Source of the DNA: Gemmatimonadota bacterium
GTDB taxonomy: Bacteria; Gemmatimonadota; Gemmatimonadetes; Gemmatimonadales; GWC2-71-9
NCBI GenBank assembly: GCA_036679605.1
Contig: JAZDCZ010000069.1
Coordinates: 1-40,006 of the forward strand
Length of the DNA: 40,006 nucleotides
Direction of reading: 5' to 3'
A program made the position numbers and the translations under genes. Under the pieces are notes generated by a model, which saw only the letters and a program-made list of their open reading frames with translations, made no database searches and was not told the origin of the DNA. Shown here piece after piece: positions 1 through 10,137 of the stretch (position 1 is the first letter of the stretch; each line of letters begins with the position of its first letter).

Positions 1-1
1 T

Positions 2-2322
2 GTTGCCAAGCTTCCCCAAGAGTTTTCCGGTCAAATCGGCTCGCTAGGCAAAGAAGTGCGGGTCGTGTACGATCGGCGCGGAGTACCGCACATCTGGGCA
101 TCGTCCATGACAGACGCGATGCGTGCACTGGGGTATGTCGTGGCGCGGGATCGCTTGTTCCAACTCGAGATCCAAACGCGTGCGACGGCGGGACGTCTGA
201 CCGAAATTGCGGGACGGCGTGCGCTCGAACTCGATCGCAGGCAGCGCTCTCTAGGGTTGGCGTGGAGCGCAGAGCGAAACATGACGAGTCTGAGCCCCAG
301 GTCATCTGGATTTCGCTCGCTCGCAACGTACGCGCAGGGTGTGAATGCGTGGATCGAGCAAATGCGTCCCGAGGATCTTCCGCTGGAATATCGTTTTCTC
401 AACCTGCAGCCCGAACGCTGGAAGCCGATACACAGCATCTATCTCTTCAAGCGGATGGGATATACGCTGGCCTTCTCGTCGTATGACCAGTGGAGCGAGC
501 GAGTGGAAGCGCTAGTTGGCAAGGATGCCGCCGACGCACTATTCCCACTCAACAACCCGATCCAGGAGCCGATTCAGCCGAATGGTCAGGTGGAACCGCG
601 GTTTGAGTTCGAGCCGCTACCGGCGCCGGATGTTTCTAACACTCGCCAAGTCCATCGTCCGGTTGCGTCAAGCACTCAGTCGCCGGCTGACGAGGAGCGC
701 GCGCATGCCAGTAACAACTGGGCGGTCGCTCCGAGTCGTACTGCGAATGGATTCGCCTTGCTGTCAGGCGATCCACATCTGGATCTTACACTGCCGTCGA
801 TCTGGTATGAGGTACACATCGTCGTGCCAGGCGAACTAGATGTCTACGGAGTCACGATCCCCGGCATCCCGGGGGTCGTGATCGGTTTTAACCGCGACGT
901 CGCTTGGAGCATGACGAACACCGGCGCCGACGTACTCGATTTGTACCGCTGGATGATCGGGATGCGCCGACGCAGTATATGGTGGATGGCGAGTGGCGAA
1001 ATCTAGAGCGCCGCCTAGAGACTTATCTAGATCAGGCGGGAGAAGTACTCGCCATAGATACGACATACTTTACCCATCGGGGTCCGCTGATTTTTGGTGG
1101 AGACAGAGTCGTGTCGATGCGGTGGACCGTGCTGGATGAGTCGGGTGCCAGTCCAGGTTTCATCGAGGTCGATCGCGCCGGCTCAGTTGATGAATTGCTC
1201 AAGACCATGGAGACGTTCTTCGCGCCTGCACAGAACATGATCGTGGCCGATCGTGCCGGCGATATCGCTATCCGATCTATTGGGCATTTCCCCATCAGGC
1301 CGGGTGACGGCGACGGCAGACTGATTAGAAACGGTTCGAGCAGTAAGAACGATTGGCAGGGATACTGGCCAGTCAACAGCTATCCGTATGCTAAGAACCC
1401 GGCGCAGGGTTTCTTGGCGTCAGCTAACCAGCAGCCACTCGACCCGTTGGTGACCGACGAATACTTCGGTGTCAATTGGCCATCGCCGTGGCGTGCGATG
1501 CGGATCAATCGGTTACTCCGAGCGGATTCACAAGTTACTCCAGAAGCCATGCGCCGTTTTCACACCGACCCGGGCAACGAAAAGGCCAATCTGTTCGTGC
1601 CGATGTTCTTGGATGCTGCCCGACATGTCTTGGCTGACACGTCCGACGGTGACCTGTCCGAGGCGGCGAGACTGCTGGGCGAGTGGAATCGGGAATACAC
1701 CAAGGAAAACGAGCGGGCTGTCCTCTTTGAACTTGCCATGGCTGAATTGACCCAACGCACCTGGGATGAACTGCAACCGTCGTTGAATGGCAACCGTGTC
1801 GCGACGCCTGCACAGGCGATTCTTGCAGAGCTGCTGAGTTTTCCCGACAACATCTGGTGGGACAATAGAAGCACCGACAGCATCGAGACACGCGACGACA
1901 TTATGGCAGCAAGTTTGAAGTCAGCCTTCCGAGAGGCGATCGACCGGTATGGCGATGCAGGTGCAGGAGGTTGGCGCTGGGATACCATTCGCCACACCAA
2001 TATTCGCCACCTGTTGGGCTTCCCATCTTTGTCGGCGCTCAATCTGCCGGTGCAGGGCGGACCAGGCAACCTCAATCCGTCTTCCGGTAGAGGGTCGCAT
2101 GGGGCGAGCTGGCGTATGGTCGTCGAACTTGGGCCGGAGGTACGGGCCTGGGCGATCTATCCGGGTGGCCAGTCGGGCAATCCGGCGAGCGCATGGTACG
2201 ACAACAACATCGAACGATGGGTCGATGGTGAACTGGATGAGGTGCTGTTTCCCAAGACTCCAGAAGATCTGCTCGACAGCGATATCGCCGGCGAGTTGAC
2301 TCTGAAACCGGGCGGAAACTAG
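2..2322 (+). pseudogene. Penicillin acylase family (Ntn-hydrolase) protein, 5'-truncated by the window and frameshifted near 947-951
   Basis: Frame is open from base 2. Motifs YDRRGVPHI, ARDRLFQ, ASNNW (beta-chain nucleophile Ser), DPHL and SIWYE in ORF 56..1006. It continues in another frame (904..2322) with HGASWRMVV and YPGGQSGNP. Junction DLYR|LDDRD. Confidence 0.85.
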
Positions 2323-2323
2323 A

Positions 2324-2710
2324 ATGGCACGCCGAACGCTCGCCCAAGTCGGACTCCTGGCCATAGCATTCGCATTGCTGACCTATGCGTTCGGATGGTT
2401 GGCCGTTCCCGTATTGGGGCTCGTATGGGGTCTCCTCGCACGTGCCTGGGAACGTCCCGCTTTCAACGCCGCGATCGCCGCAGGTTTGGGTTGGGCTTTT
2501 CTGCTTATTTGGACTGCTACACAAGGACCTGCAATGGAACTGGCGCGACGTGCCGGCGGGGTGATGGGCTTGCCGAGCGCCGGCTTGGTGTTGCTTACGG
2601 TTTCATATCCGATGCTACTAGCATGGAGTGCGGCTGTTTTGGGGACGGTGGGGAGGCAATTTGGAGCACGAGCAGCAAGCGGGAAGCGCATCGTGAGGAG
2701 TGAAACTTGA
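2324..2710 (+). CDS. Small integral membrane protein, unknown function
   Basis: Starts 1 nt after the acylase stop; 3-4 hydrophobic segments. Confidence 0.75.
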   Translation: MARRTLAQVGLLAIAFALLTYAFGWLAVPVLGLVWGLLARAWERPAFNAAIAAGLGWAFLLIWTATQGPAMELARRAGGVMGLPSAGLVLLTVSYPMLLAWSAAVLGTVGRQFGARAASGKRIVRSET

Positions 2711-2747
2711 AGGGTGACCCGGGAACCGCAGGTCAGAGACAACGCAC

Positions 2748-3608
2748 ATGTCCATAAACCTGATTCTCGTTCCTTACGATCTAGGACACCGCGACCGTGG
2801 CATGGGCGCGGGACCGAACCGGCTGCTCGATCTGGGTGCCGATCAAGCTCTCACGAAATCAGGTCACCAACTCTCCATAGCAACGGTGCATCTACCTGAC
2901 CCACCCGGTCACGAGGTTGGCGCCTGCCTCAAGATCAATTCGCTCCTGAGCGATGCAGTTCGGGCCGCGTGCCAAAGCGGAGAACGTCCGATCGTGCTTG
3001 CTGGAAACTGCAACAGTTGTCTGGGCACGATTGCCGGCCTGGACGACCATGCCATCGGCGTAACTTGGTTCGACGCACACGGCGACTTCAATTCTCCGGA
3101 TACTAGTGCCAGCGGTTTCTTTGATGGAATGGCGTTGAACATCTTGACGGGTGGATCGTGGACAGCGGCGGCGCGCACGATTCCGGGTTTCACTCCGGTA
3201 CGGGAACAAGGCACGGTGCTCATGGGAGTGAGGGACCTGGATCTTGCTGAGCAAAAGCTACTCGACGAGTCGGGAGTGATCGTGATGCCCAACGATTCTG
3301 TGCGTCCTACGGAAGTGGACCAGTGGTTTTCTCCTGCCGTGGAGTCGCTTGGCAAGAGTGTCGAGGAAGTCTACGTCCATGTGGATCTAGACGTACTCGA
3401 TCGTGATACGGTCCCGGCGAACGAACACAGTCCGCCCGGAGGTCTGCTGATAGAAGAGCTGGAAGCCGCCTTGGAGATGATTGGCGCGCGCTTTGTTGTG
3501 CGCGCTGCTGCTTTGACGGCCTACAACCCGAACTGGGACGCTGACGACCGAGCGGGGATGGCGGGAGTGCGGGTGCTCGAAACGCTCGGGGAGATTGTGG
3601 GACAATAG
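2748..3608 (+). CDS. Arginase/ureohydrolase family protein
   Basis: GMGAGP, WFDAHGDFN and HVDLDVLD metal-binding motifs. Confidence 0.92.
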   Translation: MSINLILVPYDLGHRDRGMGAGPNRLLDLGADQALTKSGHQLSIATVHLPDPPGHEVGACLKINSLLSDAVRAACQSGERPIVLAGNCNSCLGTIAGLDDHAIGVTWFDAHGDFNSPDTSASGFFDGMALNILTGGSWTAAARTIPGFTPVREQGTVLMGVRDLDLAEQKLLDESGVIVMPNDSVRPTEVDQWFSPAVESLGKSVEEVYVHVDLDVLDRDTVPANEHSPPGGLLIEELEAALEMIGARFVVRAAALTAYNPNWDADDRAGMAGVRVLETLGEIVGQ

Positions 3609-3663
3609 TTCTCGGGAAAGGGAAAAGGGACTGGGAGTGGGAAGCTGACGTGAAAGGATAGAG

Positions 3664-4086
3664 ATGAAAGGCAAAACGTGGGGTGTGTTTTTCGCGCGCG
3701 GCGTGTTGGGTCTCATGTTCTTCATGATGGGTGTTCACAAGGTGTTCGTGATGGGTCCGCTCGATCACGCACGACAGTTCTTCGTGGGCCAATACAGTGA
3801 GAGTTTCCTTCCCATCTGGTCCCTATGGCTTACAGGTACCGCGGTTCCAGTGGTAGAACTGGTGGCGGGTACGTTGGTGTTGGTGGGGTTCAAGACGCGG
3901 GCTGCACTCATCGCGCTGGGGTTCGATCTGTTGCTCGTCACCTTCGGCCATCTCCTCGCCAGCCCATTCTACGAGTTACATACCCACGTGATCCCCCGAG
4001 TGATGCTTCTCGTTTTCTTGCTGCTGGTGCCAAGTGAGTGGGATCGACTCTCTGTGGACGGATGGTTGCGGCTGAGATCGCGGTAA
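3664..4086 (+). CDS. DoxX family membrane protein
   Basis: ARGVLGLMFFMMGVHK, ELVAG..G..TR.A and SVD near the C-terminus; 4 TM segments; AGGA upstream. Confidence 0.88.
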   Translation: MKGKTWGVFFARGVLGLMFFMMGVHKVFVMGPLDHARQFFVGQYSESFLPIWSLWLTGTAVPVVELVAGTLVLVGFKTRAALIALGFDLLLVTFGHLLASPFYELHTHVIPRVMLLVFLLLVPSEWDRLSVDGWLRLRSR

Positions 4087-4125
4087 CCGTGTGTGGTGTC
4101 ACTGTCGGGACATCAGGAGATTAGA

Positions 4126-5100
4126 GTGCGAGCCATAGTCATAGAGAATGCTGGAGGTCCTGAAGAGCTGGTGTTGCAAGAGGTGCCGGTGCCCGAGCCG
4201 GCCGCCGGCGAACTCCGAGTTCGTGTTGGCGCATTTGGAATCAACAGGGCAGACATCCTGCAGCGTCTTGGAATGTACCCCGCGCCACCCGGATCTCCGG
4301 AGGACATTCCCGGTCTCGAGTTTGCGGGCGAGGTCGATGCGTTAGGCTCTGACGTCGCCGGTGTGGAGGTGGGTGATCGTGTGATGGGGATCGTGGGCGG
4401 GGGCTCCTACGCAGAGTATCTGATCACGCATGCGTCTCACGTGGTTCCGATTCCGGAAGAACTACCGGTCGAAGAGGCGGCGGCCATCCCCGAGGCGTTC
4501 ATCACGGCACACGATGCGCTCGAGCGCTTGGAAGTGACGGCGGACGAGTGGGTATTGGTGCACGCGGTAGGCAGTGGTGTGGGCACTGCGGCACTTCAGT
4601 TGATCGCGGCGCGCAACGCGCGTTGCATCGGTACTAGCCGAACCGCAAAGAAGCTGATAAGGGCGGAACAGTTGGGAATGTTCGCGGGCATCGATACTTC
4701 CACCGACGAGTTCGTGCCACGTATCCTCGAGATCACCGGGTCAGGCGTTGATGCGGCTGTGGACCTGATCGGCGGTCCGGTGTTTCCCGCTACACTCGAA
4801 GCGATGGCACCACGCGGCAGAGTGATCATCGTAGGCCTGACCGCGGGGCGTCGCGCGGAGGTCGACCTGAGGGTTCTGATGGGCAAACGGCTCCGTGTGC
4901 AGGGCACCGTGTTGCGCGCGCGCTCGACTGAAGAAAAGGCCGACGTCACACGCTCGTTCCGCGAACAGGTTATCCCGCTGTTCGAATTCGGATCCGTCCA
5001 TCCCGTTGTGGATCGGGTGTTCGGGTTTGAAGAAGTACCCGCGGCCCATCAGCACATGGAGTCGAACGTCAGTTTCGGGAAGATCGTGGTGCGGGTTTAG
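4126..5100 (+). CDS. NAD(P)H-quinone oxidoreductase (zeta-crystallin/PIG3-like MDR family)
   Basis: GINRAD, PGLEFAGEV, HAVGSGVG and GKIVV motifs; GTG start after AGGAGA. Confidence 0.93.
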   Translation: MRAIVIENAGGPEELVLQEVPVPEPAAGELRVRVGAFGINRADILQRLGMYPAPPGSPEDIPGLEFAGEVDALGSDVAGVEVGDRVMGIVGGGSYAEYLITHASHVVPIPEELPVEEAAAIPEAFITAHDALERLEVTADEWVLVHAVGSGVGTAALQLIAARNARCIGTSRTAKKLIRAEQLGMFAGIDTSTDEFVPRILEITGSGVDAAVDLIGGPVFPATLEAMAPRGRVIIVGLTAGRRAEVDLRVLMGKRLRVQGTVLRARSTEEKADVTRSFREQVIPLFEFGSVHPVVDRVFGFEEVPAAHQHMESNVSFGKIVVRV

Positions 5101-5184
5101 ACGCGAACCTTCGATCGATCAGGAAGATGCGGCTCGCCAGGTCCCTTCATTGCCCAAGTGACTACTAGTAACTACTATTGTCAT

Positions 5185-5490
5185 ATGAAAGCTGTTGGAA
5201 TCAAACGACTCAAGGCCCGACTCTCCGAGTACATCCGACTAGTCAAGGCCGGTGAGTCGCTGCTGGTCACCGATCGCGATGAGGTGGTGGCCGAGATCCG
5301 GCCGGCGCGCCGTAGCCTACCGCGGGGTGACGGGCCGGAAGATCGGCTGGGTGCCCTCGCGGACGACGGCGAGCTGACCAGGGCCAAGCTTTCCAAGCAG
5401 GGCTGGTCGTGGAAGGCGCCCGGCATCGGACTGGCCGAGGGTACTGCAACACGTCTGCTTGACGAGCTGCGCGGCGAACGCTCACCCTAA
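5185..5490 (+). CDS. vapB: Type II antitoxin, Phd/YefM family
   Basis: MKAVGIKRLKARLSEYIRLVKAGESLLVTDRDEVVAEI is a Phd fold; directly upstream of a PIN gene. Confidence 0.88.
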   Translation: MKAVGIKRLKARLSEYIRLVKAGESLLVTDRDEVVAEIRPARRSLPRGDGPEDRLGALADDGELTRAKLSKQGWSWKAPGIGLAEGTATRLLDELRGERSP

Positions 5491-5492
5491 CT

Positions 5493-5903
5493 GTGACAGG
5501 CGCCCTTTACCTGGACACTTCGGCTGTGCTGCGTGCGGTTCTGGAATCGGGCACGAGCCCTGTCGTCGAGAAGAGAATCAAGTCTGCACACACACTCATC
5601 ACTTCGCGGCTCTCGCTCGTGGAGACTGCCAGAGCCCTGCTTCGTCTTCGAGCGCTCGGCCAGGCTTCAGAAGAACAGATTTCCGACGCGGCACGTGACA
5701 CTGCAGCCGTGTGGAACCACTGTGAAGTTTGGGAACTCACACCTACGGTTTGCGAGATGGCAGAGCAGGTTGCACCACGTATCTTGCTGCGCACGCTCGA
5801 TGCGATCCATCTTGCCACCTATTTGCTAGCGCGCCGCAATATCGAAGGGCTCGAACTGCTTACCACCGACCACCGACTCTTGGAAGCAACCCGGTCGGCA
5901 TAG
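5493..5903 (+). CDS. vapC: Type II toxin, PIN domain (VapC family)
   Basis: YLDTSAV, SLVE, LRTLDAIHLATY and TTDHRL PIN motifs. Confidence 0.92.
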   Translation: MTGALYLDTSAVLRAVLESGTSPVVEKRIKSAHTLITSRLSLVETARALLRLRALGQASEEQISDAARDTAAVWNHCEVWELTPTVCEMAEQVAPRILLRTLDAIHLATYLLARRNIEGLELLTTDHRLLEATRSA

Positions 5904-5920
5904 AATCAGCGCGAAGTTCA

Positions 5921-6038
5921 TTAGATATCGAGTGCCTCGATCGCCACACCCTCCCCCCGCCTGATCGCCTCCCGGGCTTCGGCCACGCGTCTTAAGAACT
6001 GAGGATGGTGTTCCAAGCGGTATTCGAACCAGTCGTCC
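5921..6038 (-). pseudogene. C-terminal remnant of a Phd/YefM-type antitoxin
   Basis: DDWFEYRLEHHPQFLRRVAEAREAIRRGEGVAIEAL resembles the C-terminal half of Phd-type antitoxins; the upstream sequence is not Phd-like. Confidence 0.6.
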
Positions 6039-6132
6039 AGCGGAGCCCTTCGGGTTGTTGGAGGCAGCGTTGCCTGGCATCTTACCAACCCACTTGTCGG
6101 ATTAGGACTCACTTCCACTCACGAGATTGGCT

Positions 6133-7488
6133 ATGAAAATGTCACGTTGGGTTCAGCTTGCCACCTTCGTTCTGTCCATGACTTCCGTGACGCCGCCCGC
6201 GTTGGGACAAACGGCGTCCGTCAAAGCGCTCGTGGGCGGTACTCTGATCGATGGATATGGTGCTGCGCCTTTGAGGAACAGCGTCATAATCGTTCGGGGC
6301 GAACGGATCGCAGCAGTTGGGCGCATCGGGGAGATCGCGATACCGGACGGTGCCGAAATCATCTCCACCGAGGGAATGACAGTCCTACCGGGGCTCTGGG
6401 ATATGCACGTGCATCTCATGATCAATGGACACTCGGACTACGACCATTGGGACAAGACGTATCCACCGATATTCGAATCGCTGATCATGCCGTCATCGGC
6501 CAAGCAACTCCTCATGGCCGGTGTCACGAGTGCCCGGGACCTCGGTGGGCCACTCGCTGAAAGTATCCGTGTTCGTGACGCCGTAAACTCGGGGAAAATA
6601 CCGGGTCCAACCTTGTACGTATCGGGGCCGTTCATCCAGCACGAACCCTATCCGGGCACCGAGGCCTTCCGCTGGGGCGTCGACGGTCCGGACGACGCTA
6701 GACGCAAGGTGCAAAGACTCGCCAAAGCCGGCGTAGATGTCATCAAGTTGATCGACCAGGATCAGATGACGATGGAAGAAGTGAGTGCGGTGGTCGATGA
6801 GGCACACAGGCATGACCTCAAGGTGGTTGCTCACGGACACCGGCCGGAGGAAATCAGACGCGGCCTGAAAGCCGGCGTCGATAACTTCGAACATACCGGC
6901 CTCTCATCCGCTCCGGGCTATCCGGCCGACGTAGTCGCAATGATAGATGAGCGGACGGCGCAGATGAACATTGGCCCGCTCTACTGGACGCCCACGATCT
7001 CCGTCCTGTACAACAACGATTACATCAAAGAGAATCCCGAATTGCTCGACGACCCTTCTTGGCATGAAGGATTGCCCGATTCGGTCGTCGCGGACATCGC
7101 ACAGTCACTGAGCCACTTCGATCAACTGCCGTACTTTCAGTTGACACCGCTCAGGAAACCGACATTGGCGCGGAAGTTCAATCAGTTGCGGAGTTCGGGG
7201 TTGGTCATGCTGATAGGAACGGACTCGGGCGTGCCCGGAAACTTCCACTCTCAATCGACATGGTGGGAACTGGAGGTCTGGGTCGATCAACTCGGTGTAG
7301 ATCCCATGACGGCGATCCGCGCCGCCACTTACTGGCCGGCGGCATTCATGGGTGTTGCGGATCAGGTGGGTACCGTGGCGGAAGGTATGTATGCCGACAT
7401 CATCGCGGTTCGCGGGGACGTCTTGCGACACATATCGCTGCTACAGGACGTCGACATCGTCATCAAGCACGGGAAGCAGTACAAGTAG
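6133..7488 (+). CDS. Secreted metal-dependent amidohydrolase
   Basis: Signal peptide; PGLWDMHVH, GVTSARDLG, VAHGH, FEH, IGTDSG and G.YADIIAV motifs. Confidence 0.93.
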   Translation: MKMSRWVQLATFVLSMTSVTPPALGQTASVKALVGGTLIDGYGAAPLRNSVIIVRGERIAAVGRIGEIAIPDGAEIISTEGMTVLPGLWDMHVHLMINGHSDYDHWDKTYPPIFESLIMPSSAKQLLMAGVTSARDLGGPLAESIRVRDAVNSGKIPGPTLYVSGPFIQHEPYPGTEAFRWGVDGPDDARRKVQRLAKAGVDVIKLIDQDQMTMEEVSAVVDEAHRHDLKVVAHGHRPEEIRRGLKAGVDNFEHTGLSSAPGYPADVVAMIDERTAQMNIGPLYWTPTISVLYNNDYIKENPELLDDPSWHEGLPDSVVADIAQSLSHFDQLPYFQLTPLRKPTLARKFNQLRSSGLVMLIGTDSGVPGNFHSQSTWWELEVWVDQLGVDPMTAIRAATYWPAAFMGVADQVGTVAEGMYADIIAVRGDVLRHISLLQDVDIVIKHGKQYK

Positions 7489-7636
7489 TTGGTTTCCTGG
7501 GATGGCCCGTCGGGAAGCGGCCAAGGCTGAGGCTCGTTTCTAGTGTATTGTGTAGCAGTTCACCTGCCGCTTCCTTAGGCGGTCCGTCTGAGGATCGGCC
7601 GGCGCCGACAATGCGAAGAGGCTCTGACGCACTATA

Positions 7637-8998
7637 CTAGCTTCTCAATGTGACCCTGGACCAGATCACGCCGGTGACTAGCAATACTGCCAACAGCACA
7701 CCCCCGCCAAGCGCCAACTTTGGTTGGGTCACGGCGACCAGGACCAATATCATCGCGTACAAGAGCACCACAATTGCCGGCATCCAGGGGTAACCCGGCA
7801 CCATGTAGGGACGCGGTTGCTTTGCCCGCGTTCGGCGCAGGCGGAAAAGAGCGATCAAGATCATCGCGTCTACCGAGATCGCCACAAACATCATGAACTG
7901 GATTAGGAACTCGAAGGAGCGAGTCATTGCCAACAGGAACACCAATGCGGTCACCAGGAAGAGTCCGCCGAGTGGAGTGCCGCCGCTGCTTACTTTGAGG
8001 AAGCTGTTGGGCGCCAGACCGTTCTGCGCCAGGCCGTAGGTCACGCGCGGTATGCCCAGGAAATTCACATTTAGGCTGCTGATAAGAATGACCAGTGACG
8101 TAACTGTGATGAAGGTCCGTCCGCGTTCCCCGAAAGCCACTGCAACTGCGTCCGCTGCAACAAGCGGCGAACCCGCCATCTCTTGGGGCGACAGCGCACT
8201 CAGGAATGCCAGGTTGATGGCAATGTACAGCACCGCAACTCCTACCACGCCGACAAGGAGAATCCTTGGCAGCTTGCTGCCGGGCTCGCGGATCTCCTCT
8301 GCCATCTTGATGACATCGTCCCATCCGTAATAGGTGAAGGAGATGGATAGGTAGGCAAGCGCGAACCCGAGGAGCAGGCCGCGCTCCGGTGAGATGGTTG
8401 CGGTGGGCTCCCATGATGCACCTGTCCCACCAAGTATGCCCGCTGCGATAATGGCCAGAATGGCAATGACTTTGATTGACGTGACGACGTTTTGAAAAAC
8501 GCGACCGGCCCTGAGACCCAAGAGGTGTAGTAGGAAGAAGCCCAGTACTACGGCAGCGGCCCAAGATCGTATGGCGCCCCAACCAGTTAGGAGAATTAGA
8601 TACTCTCCAATCACGATGGTTTTGGACGCGGCCGGAAATCCGCCACGTGTAACGACCACCTCGCTCCATCCCGCAACGAACCCACCGACCGGTCCGAAGG
8701 CTTTCCTCGCGTACGCAAACTTGCCGCCGGCCTCCGGGTACATTGCGGCCATCTCGGAAAAAACCATCGCGGACGCCAGTGCGATCGCTGCACCCGCAAT
8801 CCAGACGCTCAAGATGAGCCACGGGCTGCCAAGATAGCCCGCGATCAATCCCGGGGTGCGAAGAATTCCGACTCCGATAACTAGACCGACACCCAGCGCG
8901 AGGCCGTCACCCACTCCAAGGATCCGTTTGAGTCCGGGTTTGCTCACTTCGGAGGGCACCGTTTCGGTATAGGTCGAGATGAAACTCGGATCAGACAT
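7637..8998 (-). CDS. APC family amino acid permease
   Basis: LKRILG, IGVGILRTP, EMAAMYPEAGG, FTYYGW..EEIREP and RPYMVPGYP motifs; about 12 TM segments. Confidence 0.93.
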   Translation of the reverse strand: MSDPSFISTYTETVPSEVSKPGLKRILGVGDGLALGVGLVIGVGILRTPGLIAGYLGSPWLILSVWIAGAAIALASAMVFSEMAAMYPEAGGKFAYARKAFGPVGGFVAGWSEVVVTRGGFPAASKTIVIGEYLILLTGWGAIRSWAAAVVLGFFLLHLLGLRAGRVFQNVVTSIKVIAILAIIAAGILGGTGASWEPTATISPERGLLLGFALAYLSISFTYYGWDDVIKMAEEIREPGSKLPRILLVGVVGVAVLYIAINLAFLSALSPQEMAGSPLVAADAVAVAFGERGRTFITVTSLVILISSLNVNFLGIPRVTYGLAQNGLAPNSFLKVSSGGTPLGGLFLVTALVFLLAMTRSFEFLIQFMMFVAISVDAMILIALFRLRRTRAKQPRPYMVPGYPWMPAIVVLLYAMILVLVAVTQPKLALGGGVLLAVLLVTGVIWSRVTLRS

Positions 8999-9141
8999 AC
9001 TGTTGAACACCGGGCATGGCAAGTTGTTGAGCCTTTGGATACCCAAGTAGTGTTCCGTATCACTACTCCCAGATGGGTTCTAGTTATCTTCCAGTTGGTG
9101 GGGTACCGTGGGCGACCAAAAATCTCGACGGAGTTACGCAA

Positions 9142-9522
9142 ATGACGCACTTACCCAAATGGACTAGAACTCTGCTGACTGTTGCTCTTCTCATCGCAGT
9201 GGGTGTTACGACGGCAGAGGCTCAGGGTAGAGGTAAGAAAAAGAGCAAGACCAGCGACAAACCGGGCAAGGTCACAGTGGAGTTGGTGCTATCTTCGGCC
9301 CAAGATGTGCTCAAAGCCGAGGGGTTCGACGTTATCAAGGTCGAGACGAAAGGCGACCTACAAATCGTTCACTACCGAGCGGGCAACCAGGGCAAGGGAA
9401 AGGGCAAGGGGCCGCCGCGCACGATGGTCATCAAGCGCGTGGGTGACCGGTTCGAGTTGAAGGATGCGCCGGTGGAGGTAAAGCTCAAGATCGAGTTGAA
9501 GCTGGGAATCAAGCTTTTCTGA
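9142..9522 (+). CDS. Small secreted Lys/Gly-rich hypothetical protein
   Basis: GGAG upstream of the ATG; signal peptide ending AEA-Q; GNQGKGKGKGPP. Confidence 0.75.
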   Translation: MTHLPKWTRTLLTVALLIAVGVTTAEAQGRGKKKSKTSDKPGKVTVELVLSSAQDVLKAEGFDVIKVETKGDLQIVHYRAGNQGKGKGKGPPRTMVIKRVGDRFELKDAPVEVKLKIELKLGIKLF

Positions 9523-9794
9523 CGGCCTTGCTCCGTCGCGTCCGGCGCGACGGTCTAGATCGAGATCACGTGACCGCGATCCAATGTTGTGTGGACACGC
9601 GCCGGAAAACCGTTGTGCACATTTTCCGCATGGCGTGGAGAAGTGACCAATAGCCCGGGTAACGCACAGCCGAACTGTCCACAAACCGTACACAATCCTT
9701 GGTTATTACCGAATAAAGAACGGCGCTTGCGGAGAGTTGGTTTAGAGCGCAAATACTATGCTCCCCAACACGAGTAGCGATGGTCTAGAGGGCG

Positions 9795-10067
9795 ATGACA
9801 TTTTTACTGCAAGATTCCAAGAGCGATTACACGGTGCGGGGTGAGGCGAAGATTACAGAGCAGGCCATGGGGAACTTGCAAAATGTCCGTTGCTCTTTGG
9901 ACGGCGCAATTATGGTGGTCACCGGAAGCGTGGCGAGCAAGCAGAGGGACGACGGAGTAGAGGAGCGGAGTTTCGGTGGAAGTCCGCCCAAGTCGTGGAC
10001 CGCGATCAGTGTGGACCTAAAGTGTTCGGCGTGTCAGAGACGTATGGAGGGGCTAGAGTTGCAGTAG
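9795..10067 (+). CDS. Small hypothetical protein, possible zinc ribbon (CxxD...CxxC)
   Basis: GAGG upstream of the ATG; CSLDG and CSAC motifs. Confidence 0.6.
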   Translation: MTFLLQDSKSDYTVRGEAKITEQAMGNLQNVRCSLDGAIMVVTGSVASKQRDDGVEERSFGGSPPKSWTAISVDLKCSACQRRMEGLELQ

Positions 10068-10137
10068 TTCGCCGGTGGCCTCACTTTACTGCTAGAATGT
10101 ATCTCTCCAAATCCAAACAACGATGGTAGGACTGTTG

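Noticed and set aside
940..960. Programmed ribosomal frameshifts in the acylase, hybrid kinase or IS110 gene
   Set aside because: No slippery heptamer at any junction, and family-typical residues appear to be missing, which points to deletion.
5101..5135. Degenerate left end of the 108-bp element before vapBC
   Set aside because: Only patchy similarity (CTTCGATC, GATCAGGA, GATGCGG) and the CTGCC terminus is absent.
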